A stretch of 64,000 bases of DNA from Candidatus Latescibacterota bacterium (lineage in GTDB: Bacteria > Latescibacterota > UBA2968). The position numbers were made by a program, and so were the translations under genes. A model generated the notes under the pieces. The model had not been told where the DNA came from, did no database searches, and saw nothing but the letters and a program-made list of their open reading frames with translations. Positions 31,401 through 38,062 of this stretch are shown here, one piece after another. Every line of letters begins with the position of its first letter. Position 1 is the stretch's first letter. Where the stretch lies: NCBI GenBank assembly GCA_965204375.1, contig OZ241986.1, positions 4,992,001 to 5,056,000 on the forward strand, read 5' to 3'.

Positions 31401-32938
31401 ATTTCAAAGACAGAGGCACCGTAACGCCTCGAAGCTGGTATATTGCGACACGAGAAGACAAAAAATCAAAAGCCGTAATCCGGTATGGAAAGAAAAATTC
31501 CCGCGTCCAGGGGATCTTGGGACTGGCGCCAGAAGAAGCCCAGGTGACGCAGGTCGATACCTTATTGCGGATCGGACGCTGGTTTCAACCGGGCGAGTCA
31601 GCCTGTATTTTGCCCGATCGAATAGCGGAACTCCTAAGTATCACAGAACAAGACGTCGGCAAAGCGCACATTCGCCTCTTTGGCAAGCAACTCACAGTAA
31701 TCGGATTGATCGACTCTGAGAAAATGCGTCGATTTGTCGATCTGGATGAAGAACAGATAACGCCGGCAGATTTTCAGGTTACCGAAGACGAATTTATCAC
31801 CGCCATGTCGCAGACCGAGACCCGCGAACGGCAGGGCTTGGAGCGCCCCGAAGTCGATACCGTACCATTTGAGCATCTGGACCCCGATGATACCCTGATC
31901 GTATCCTATGCTCTGTTGCGCGATGTGGGCAGCCCACTGCAGTCCGTAGCCGTGCGGTTTCAAGAAGAAGTGGATGTAGAAGCCGAGATCAAATCATTCT
32001 TGTCGCGGTTATCAGTCGTATTATTCGCCGGCATCCCAACAGCAGATGGCGGCATACGCGTCGCGGTTTACAGTTCCCTGGGCGATACGTCTATGCAAGG
32101 CATGGCCAATTTGTTCATCCCCATTCTGGTCGCCGCGCTGATCGTACTCAATACTATGATGGGATCTGTGTACGAGCGCTTCCGCGAAATCGGCATCTAT
32201 TCCTCCGTGGGATTAGCACCTGTACACATCGCCTTCTTATTTATCGCCGAGGCATGTGTTTACGCTGTTTTGGGAACTGTTGCCGGATATCTTTTGGGAC
32301 AAAGCGTCGTCAAAATTTTACTGTGGCAAGATGCCCTGCAAGGGCTTACCGTGAACTATTCGGCGCTCTCGACCGTGACCTCCTCCATGCTGGTTATGCT
32401 GGTGGTTTTGCTATCGTCGCTCTATCCCGCGCGTCAGGCATCCATGATGGCCGTGCCCGACGTAACGCGCCGCTGGAAGTTCCCCGAGCCTGAAGGTGAC
32501 CGCTGGCATTTTGAATTTCCATTTACCGTGGGCGGCAAAGACGTATTTGGCCTTTCCGTATTCCTCGTCGATTATTTCCAGGCACATGCAGGAGAGAGTC
32601 TGGGCACATTTTACACCGATGGCGCGCGGTTTGGCGCGATTGAAACCGAAACCGGACAGGGACATACCATTGACACAACAATCTGGCTGGCACCTTATGA
32701 TCTGGGCGTAAGCCAGCAGGTGCATTTTGAAGCTTTACCCACGGGTGAGCACAATATTTTTGCCATGGCATTGACCATAGATCGGCTCTCGGGCGATGCC
32801 TCGTCATGGCGGCGAGTCAACCAGAACTTTATGAACGCGCTGCGCAAACAATTTCTGATCTGGCGCACCGTGGCACCAGAAGATAAAGCGCAGTACACGG
32901 AAAAAGGACAGATGATGCTCGCCGGGGCTACAGTTTAA
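28412..32938 (+). CDS. large membrane protein: M28-peptidase-like domain plus FtsX-like permease
   Basis: SRVPGYPG, NAYYDAMS, PGAE N-terminal region; SVYERFREIGIYSSVGLAP FtsX motif; multiple TMs. Confidence 0.75.
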   Translation: MNRRIGWLALIGVAVFGFGAVISGPDTVDPLLRNVLGLQTPEPVEPAPVPGAEVVADLVKREITEAEVRALMATFTQYKSRVPGYPGHDAAAQFIEQRFRALGLKNVETETYGVTSPVDEGSQLTIISSGEVFPLSGLWPNLVKTSTLPPGGVRTRLIDGGDGEFKAFDGKEVENTVVLLNFNTWNKWLNAAVLGAKQIIFIAPDTTSYTQAETKFLQVPNSVERFWIDREHGEQLRALLSDQGEIEVQLESRMPWKKDDVANVLGWVEGSDPEQSKKIVVINAYYDAMSVVPAQAPGAEMACGIVALMRLAEHFQAHRPKYTVLFLASSAHHLGFRGICDFLNRHSRKEKHFAALMTEPIDIDLFIGLDLSSQTDEMGVSTQTAGFGVNTAVNYFSTRFFATFSKSFVRYATAIAEGMGVPSKDVMVDGINPKGGMTWDMYIPGENIKSDSEVVLYAGTPALSLSTVNDARFRVDTPLDRAEYINYANLTKQIRVLAGMLDLSFNDGEFLPDYKLDPIDRMRGLKGYVRTFPRRSITPDKARPGAIAAMRMGLEKSIKGVRRIYYDLADENGEYYIPGVAERRVHVRAYYIDPHSGEITYAPNQGRQGKIYSGHFNMNWWITKQTVILFPCVATDFYDTVDPRYLNTLSDISVYGVGNTAPQEYGYDIGFGPDEPVGVVYTSPGEKVKIAMRAGAIGVRYLLLNSKSADNEWDARGEGFQTLSSGALIRTPYQAARDMWMLNESRMRKLRQYSIENQRLEVLHAQAKQHLDEAETALQEKQWDAFVKHTRAGMGIESRAYPDVKTTQNDVIRGVIFFMLLVIPCAFFLERLLFTFSDIRMQIGGIGAVFVVIWIFLSQVHPAFDLSNPFVILLAFVILALAIFVISILSGRFNENIRRLRSAEVLLHETDVGRISASVAAFQLGIANMKKRKMRTWLTFATLVLLTFTVLSFTSIKSALEFHQLHRDVEGPYPGILIRSKFWGPLEDTAYDYARINFKDRGTVTPRSWYIATREDKKSKAVIRYGKKNSRVQGILGLAPEEAQVTQVDTLLRIGRWFQPGESACILPDRIAELLSITEQDVGKAHIRLFGKQLTVIGLIDSEKMRRFVDLDEEQITPADFQVTEDEFITAMSQTETRERQGLERPEVDTVPFEHLDPDDTLIVSYALLRDVGSPLQSVAVRFQEEVDVEAEIKSFLSRLSVVLFAGIPTADGGIRVAVYSSLGDTSMQGMANLFIPILVAALIVLNTMMGSVYERFREIGIYSSVGLAPVHIAFLFIAEACVYAVLGTVAGYLLGQSVVKILLWQDALQGLTVNYSALSTVTSSMLVMLVVLLSSLYPARQASMMAVPDVTRRWKFPEPEGDRWHFEFPFTVGGKDVFGLSVFLVDYFQAHAGESLGTFYTDGARFGAIETETGQGHTIDTTIWLAPYDLGVSQQVHFEALPTGEHNIFAMALTIDRLSGDASSWRRVNQNFMNALRKQFLIWRTVAPEDKAQYTEKGQMMLAGATV

Positions 32939-32964
32939 TATGGAACTTTTTTTCTGAAAAAACG

Positions 32965-32993
32965 TTGACTTCTGAGATGATAAAGGGTATCTT
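32965..32993 (+). promoter_or_regulatory. cspA promoter, followed by a ~160-nt 5' UTR
   Basis: TTGACT-17-TATCTT. Confidence 0.55.
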
Positions 32994-33157
32994 TGCCCTT
33001 GTATAAAGGGTATTTGTGCCCAGGTGTTAAAGAATGTGTTGTTTTGTTTCCTGTACAATCGGCCTGAAAAGACGGTATGGCAAGAATCGAAACTTCTGAT
33101 TCTTGCCTTTTTTCGTTCTGATGTGCAATTTTCGATGTAGAAAGGTGGTGAAGTACG

Positions 33158-33358
33158 TTGGCAGAAGGAAGAGTTAAGTGGTTTAACGACGCCAAGGGGT
33201 TCGGTTTTATCGAGCAAGAAGGCGGCGAAGATGTTTTTGTCCATTTCTCTGCGATTCAAGCAGAAGGCTTTAAGTCTTTGTCCGAAGGTGACCTGGTCGA
33301 ATTTGACATTACCCAGGGTCCTAAAGGGCTCCAGGCGGCGAATGTCACCAAGCAATAA
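33158..33358 (+). CDS. cspA: cold-shock protein (TTG start)
   Basis: [32 protein letters not shown]. Confidence 0.95.
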   Translation: MAEGRVKWFNDAKGFGFIEQEGGEDVFVHFSAIQAEGFKSLSEGDLVEFDITQGPKGLQAANVTKQ

Positions 33359-33383
33359 TCTGAAATAAATTCAGAGTTAACCA

Positions 33384-33419
33384 AAAAGCACCACCTCTTT
33401 TGAGATGGTGCTTTTTTTA
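33384..33419. terminator. bidirectional intrinsic terminator
   Basis: AAAAAGCACCA...TGGTGCTTTTT between convergent genes. Confidence 0.8.
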
Positions 33420-33977
33420 TACGCGCTTAATACAAAAATCCGAAAACCGTATCCAGTGATCGCCTTCTTCCGGACCATTATAGCACTGAATACTCACCTG
33501 ATCATCGCCCGGAGGAGGCAACTCACCCGAAGCCGCAGTCTGAAATACGGTCTCACCCTCAGCGCGAAACTGCGCTTCCCAGGTGCTCGCAGTGACAATA
33601 AGCCGCAAACGAACGCTCTGCGTCGGCATCGGCTGCTTCCCGGGAATAATGTACAAATCGCCGTCAATGAGTTCCTTCACTTCTTTGAATACCGGTTCCC
33701 CATTGTGATACCACGTAATACCCGCCTGTTCGTATTGCTGCGTCGGCTGGCTGTGATTGGTAATCGTAACCTCGACCGCATACGCACCCTCACCGCGATC
33801 TGGCGCGGACCGAAGCAAAGCGTTCTGTACCGTATCTTTCACACCGGGACGCACGCAAATCTCCAGACCCCCATCCCGAATCCGCCAATCATCGGGATGT
33901 TCCCGCAACCACGACCAGCCACTGTCCAGCCCGCCGTCGAATGTGTCCTGAAAAATGATTTGTCCATCGCTCATCAT
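33417..33977 (-). CDS. DUF1349/concanavalin-like beta-sandwich protein
   Basis: FQDTFDGGLDSGWSWLRE, QQYEQAGI; ATG behind AGGAG. Confidence 0.65.
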   Translation of the reverse strand: MMSDGQIIFQDTFDGGLDSGWSWLREHPDDWRIRDGGLEICVRPGVKDTVQNALLRSAPDRGEGAYAVEVTITNHSQPTQQYEQAGITWYHNGEPVFKEVKELIDGDLYIIPGKQPMPTQSVRLRLIVTASTWEAQFRAEGETVFQTAASGELPPPGDDQVSIQCYNGPEEGDHWIRFSDFCIKRV

Positions 33978-34173
33978 AAATCTCCTATTCAGAATTGTCA
34001 GATGATTTCCCGCGCTCATGGTCGAGAAATTCCAGACGGACTTCAAGTATTTTTTTTGACCCCTTCCCGGGATACCGATTTTGAAGAAGTTACTTTTTGC
34101 GTATAATTTATACGTAAAAACGCCATTGCAAATCGCGACCTGCCAGAACTTTAATAAGGACCTGACAATTAAA

Positions 34174-35127
34174 ATGAAAAAATACTTTTTACTCTTCACT
34201 CTCCTATTGTTATTCGGTTGCCGACCACAGGTCTCTGACGAACAAATCACAGTCTGTTCTTTCAACATCAAATTCGTCGGACTGTACAAAAAGAAAGACA
34301 ACGAAGCACTTGCCCGATTGGTCGGAAAATACGACATGGTCATCGTCCAGGAACTCGTTTCCCCACCTGATAACGGTCAATACTGCGATGGCACACCCTA
34401 TAGTGAAGACCCTGAAGCCGATGCATTCTTCGATGCCATGAGCGCACAGGGCTTTGATTACTCCCTATCTTGTGAAGACACGGGAAGAGGCGAAAAAATC
34501 CACAACAGAGGATCGAGCACCGAATGGTCCGTCGTCTTTTACAAACCCGACAAGCTGAAAATTGCCAATGACCTGCCCCACGGATTCCTATCAGAAGACC
34601 GCTCTGCCCATCCCGTATATCCCCGCGTGCCACACGCCCACGGCTTCCGCACTATAGATGGCAAAATGGACTTTGTCGTCATCAACGTCCACTTATCCCC
34701 CGGCAAAAACAAAAAAAACGCACGCAAAGCCGAACTTTTGAGCATCGCCCAGTGGATCGATCTCAATGACGCGCAAGAGCAGGACTTCTACATCGTAGGG
34801 GATATGAACATCGAAAACGCCGCGGAACTTCAAGCAGCAACACCGCGAGGATTTGTATCGCTCAACGACGAATGCCGAAAAACGAACACATCGGTCAAAA
34901 GCAGCAAACCCTATGACCACGTCATGTACCGCCCGGCCAGGTTAGACGAGATAGACGAGGCATTTGATTTTCAAGTCATCAACCTCATCGACCAGATGCG
35001 CAGCACCTGGCGAGGCTCCGAAACCTATCCCGGCGACCCGTACAATGGGAATCTATTTGCACAGCACTACTCGGACCACCACCCCGTGTTATTCCGCCTC
35101 AACATCCCGAGCAAAGATGACGACTAA
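34174..35127 (+). CDS. endonuclease/exonuclease/phosphatase (DNase I-like) lipoprotein
   Basis: Lipobox LLFGC; SFNIK, IVQEL, NVHL, GDMN, YDHV, SDHHPV. Confidence 0.85.
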   Translation: MKKYFLLFTLLLLFGCRPQVSDEQITVCSFNIKFVGLYKKKDNEALARLVGKYDMVIVQELVSPPDNGQYCDGTPYSEDPEADAFFDAMSAQGFDYSLSCEDTGRGEKIHNRGSSTEWSVVFYKPDKLKIANDLPHGFLSEDRSAHPVYPRVPHAHGFRTIDGKMDFVVINVHLSPGKNKKNARKAELLSIAQWIDLNDAQEQDFYIVGDMNIENAAELQAATPRGFVSLNDECRKTNTSVKSSKPYDHVMYRPARLDEIDEAFDFQVINLIDQMRSTWRGSETYPGDPYNGNLFAQHYSDHHPVLFRLNIPSKDDD

Positions 35128-35135
35128 GGACAGAA

Positions 35136-35477
35136 TCATGCATCTTCCGACAGCGCTGGAACCCGGGACTCGAAGAAATCGGACGCGAGCATAATTTGAT
35201 CTTGCTGGTGCACCACAAGCCCCTTAACGCGAGGCAGATAGTCATTGACCCATCGAGGATCGCTACGGACAGCCTGCCGCGCCTGATCAAAATGGGTATA
35301 ATCGCGATATGCCCAAATGTGAACAACGCGATTTAATTTTCCAATATCGGTATAATACCACCCGGCAAGTTTGACGCCGTAGTCTTCGCGCAGCGGAAGT
35401 GCCACCTCGCGCACTGCATCCATATAGGCTTGCAAAGCACCGGGATTCAGGTCGTAGGTCCGCATGTCGTAAATCAT
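35136..35477 (-). CDS. NIPSNAP family protein
   Basis: IYDMRTYDLNPG, GKLNRVVHIWAY, DPRW. Confidence 0.88.
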   Translation of the reverse strand: MIYDMRTYDLNPGALQAYMDAVREVALPLREDYGVKLAGWYYTDIGKLNRVVHIWAYRDYTHFDQARQAVRSDPRWVNDYLPRVKGLVVHQQDQIMLASDFFESRVPALSEDA

Positions 35478-35492
35478 AGGAAATCTCCAGGA

Positions 35493-35530
35493 GAAGTGTG
35501 AAGTAGGAAGTGTGAAGTGTGAAGTGTGAA
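35493..35530 (+). repeat. heptamer tandem repeat (GAAGTGT, about 5 units)
   Basis: gaagtgt gaagtag gaagtgt gaagtgt gaagtgt; same family as 43254 and 48518. Confidence 0.8.
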
Positions 35531-36087
35531 TAAGAAAAGGAATTATTCATAACATATAACACGAGAATCATTGACATCATAATTTAGTAGAAAAATCCCA
35601 CAAATACTCAGCTTTTTTATACCTCTCCATATTTTTGTACCGAGATCCATTTTTTTCTCTCGAAATTTGACACCAAAAACGTTTGCAGCCCGTCTAAGTG
35701 TTCGATTAGCTTAATACAGATCCCCATGAACACAACGACCGGGCCGAGATATCCCTTCACTCCATGCCCGGTCTTCGGGGGCGGCAAGGTAAATGGTATC
35801 CCTCCCTGCCGTCCCCTCATTTTTTAGGCAACAACGCCCACATTATCCGTTGAGATAATATCAGAAAAAATTTACAGACGCTATATTGCCCCATGTACTC
35901 AATTTCCGTATATTGATTTGGCTCAGGCAAGTTATTTCTCTGTCCCGCTGATTGGACGATGGATAAAACGGTCATTGAGGAAAACCTGTGAACACCACGA
36001 TACATACGATTCACACGGTACGGATGCCTAAATCGTTACCTGATTGTTAGAATTGACAACGCACTACGTTTTTATAGGAAATTTGGG

Positions 36088-36537
36088 ATGGATGAGTATC
36101 AGTTGTTGAGTAAATGGAGCCTGAATTATCACACTCGAGAAGTCGCGATCCGAGAAGCATCTATCATTGCCTGGTACATGGGCTTTCAACGGACAAAGAC
36201 CCTCACCCAGGATGATCTCGGGGCACTGATTGCCCACGCTGACACTTCGGGCATTCCCACAAACGAGTTGAGAAGCTTCCGACGTGCCGACCTGATTATA
36301 AAGGCTACGGATCCGAATGGCGCAACGTGCTATATCGCCGTGGAAATCTCCTTCACCGTTAATGGTCGAGATACCACGCGTGCGCGCCGCAACGCTGCGT
36401 TCCTGACTAAGTTCACTGGTGATCGGTCCTATCCCGCCGTTGCCGGCCTGCGCCGAGATGACCGGATCCATGATCTTATCGACTCTGGCGAGGTGTTCTG
36501 GTATCAACTGGATGCGGAAGTTCTGGAAGTGGAATAA
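36088..36537 (+). CDS. hypothetical protein, PD-(D/E)XK-like fold; possibly N-terminally truncated
   Basis: RADLII...YIAVEISFTV..RD..RA pattern. Confidence 0.5.
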   Translation: MDEYQLLSKWSLNYHTREVAIREASIIAWYMGFQRTKTLTQDDLGALIAHADTSGIPTNELRSFRRADLIIKATDPNGATCYIAVEISFTVNGRDTTRARRNAAFLTKFTGDRSYPAVAGLRRDDRIHDLIDSGEVFWYQLDAEVLEVE

Positions 36538-36600
36538 TCACCTGATAGAATTGACCTCGACTATTGAACTACAAAAAGAATGCCCCAGTGTCAAAAATAA

Positions 36601-36629
36601 TTGACACTATTTTTATATTCCTATATATT
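36601..36629 (+). promoter_or_regulatory. sigma70 promoter driving a gene-less structured transcript
   Basis: TTGACA-17-TATATT; -35 is half of palindrome AGTGTCAA-N6-TTGACACT. Confidence 0.65.
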
Positions 36630-36635
36630 TTTAGC

Positions 36636-36775
36636 ATTGCCCCTTCAGACATTCAGTGCTGAAGCCCCCGGACTTGTTAGTGGGTCCGGGTTGAATTTGT
36701 AAATAATTAACCACCCCTGTTGCTTCGGGAGCAGGGCGCGAAGCCGTATAGAATTCTATACGGCTTCTGCATTTT
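36636..36775 (+). ncRNA. putative two-module structured RNA; 3' module is a copy of the NYN gene leader
   Basis: Four hairpins; 36690-36775 nearly identical to 56837-56922; no downstream + strand ORF. Confidence 0.55.
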
Positions 36776-36785
36776 GGAAATCGTG

Positions 36786-37103
36786 TCACTCATCTAACAG
36801 ATGCTGAAATGCTTCAAGACTGGACACCTGGACCGCCGCGCGGAGCAACTGCTTGAGGCGTTGCAAATCTTCAATGGCCGAAATGCGAGCAGATAGAGGG
36901 TCAGTCTCGCGGAGATCAAATCGAATCTCCAATACGTCAAGTATGTCTGTCTTCAAGAGCGCGTTCTCTAACCCCCTGCTCAAAGCTTTCCTCTCTGCTT
37001 TGTTGGGTAAGGGATTGAAAAAGGGATGATTCGCGGATGAGGTCCATGTGGGATTCTCTTTGTAAAGTATTTTATACTCACTGACCGTTTGTTGTACTCC
37101 CAT
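36786..37103 (-). CDS. hypothetical protein with Rpn/DUF4351-like C-terminal helices
   Basis: ILDVLEIRF...IEDLQRLKQLLRAAVQVSSLEAF. Confidence 0.45.
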   Translation of the reverse strand: MGVQQTVSEYKILYKENPTWTSSANHPFFNPLPNKAERKALSRGLENALLKTDILDVLEIRFDLRETDPLSARISAIEDLQRLKQLLRAAVQVSSLEAFQHLLDE

Positions 37104-37509
37104 TTTGATCTTCTAAGGCAGCGCGTATGGCTTCTATGTCAATATCCGGATGCATTTTTTTAACGATAGCAATGGTTTCCTCATGTCCTTTTCTTTGCCC
37201 ATCTTGGAAGCGTTTTTCAAGATATCTTTCAGTCTCAGCACGGATTTTTTGAACTGGGACGATCATGAGATTTACCCCCTCTATAATGAAGAATGATAGA
37301 GTGATAGCAGAGAGACCTATAGATCCTATAATACTGATTATCGCAATAATTGCATCGTAATCAGGTTTAGTAATTTTGCACCAATTGTACCAAAGGACCA
37401 GTGCCAGAGAAGAGACAAAGAACAGTACTGCTAAAGCTATCAGCCATGTTCTTTCTGTGTCTCCAGTGCTCCAAATCGACACCCTTTCTTCGTCTGTTTT
37501 CTCCGTCAT
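37078..37509 (-). CDS. hypothetical two-TM membrane protein
   Basis: Two hydrophobic helices, charged C-terminus. Confidence 0.5.
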   Translation of the reverse strand: MTEKTDEERVSIWSTGDTERTWLIALAVLFFVSSLALVLWYNWCKITKPDYDAIIAIISIIGSIGLSAITLSFFIIEGVNLMIVPVQKIRAETERYLEKRFQDGQRKGHEETIAIVKKMHPDIDIEAIRAALEDQNGSTTNGQ

Positions 37510-37791
37510 TCTGTTGTGCCTTTTCACTTCAATATACTTTCCCTATATAAGTATAGAGAAAATAGATTTCTAATGCAATTTCGGCCTGGGTATGGTTTCA
37601 ATGTCTGCCATAAGAGAGGCCTCAGGTCTGAGAGTTGGTCGTACTTTGGACGAACTCAACAGTCAGAACCCAAGCAAATATCAGGCCAATGTCACAAAAT
37701 TGAGTGATAAAAGGAGACTCGACAGAAACGCAGGCACCTCATTATGCTTTCAATATGCAGTATTGGGCTTTTGTTCACAACTTGAATTTAA

Positions 37792-37821
37792 ATCCGCAGA
37801 TGGGCGCAGATGGGCACAGAT
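37792..37821 (+). repeat. CGCAGATG-family repeat (degenerate copy)
   Basis: ATCCGCAGATGGGCGCAGATGGGCACAGAT. Confidence 0.7.
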
Positions 37822-37934
37822 GAAAGGCAAAAGTGTATATTTTGATCGATGAATGAATGGTATGGTGAAAGAATTGTTCCCTGGATCGCGGCTTAACACC
37901 CTGTCGCGATGACAGCGATGTTGATGCAAATCTA

Positions 37935-37984
37935 AAACAAAAGGCCGCAAGTATTGCTCAATTGCAACAAAAACTTACGACCTA
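37935..37984 (-). terminator. intrinsic terminator (probably the original tRNA-Gln terminator)
   Basis: Minus strand AGGTCGTAAGT...ACTTGCGGCCT (G-U pairs) then TTTGTTT, right after the duplicated tRNA 3' end. Confidence 0.6.
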
Positions 37985-38062
37985 AAAAAAATTGGTTGCC
38001 CGACTGATGCACTCACTGAATTTTTTACCGTATAGGTCTTCTTTCCCATCGACACCTGTTAT

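Noticed and set aside
33978-34343. Upstream extension of the 33417-34343 ORF
   Set aside because: Overlaps the divergent nuclease gene; real start at 33977 has AGGAG
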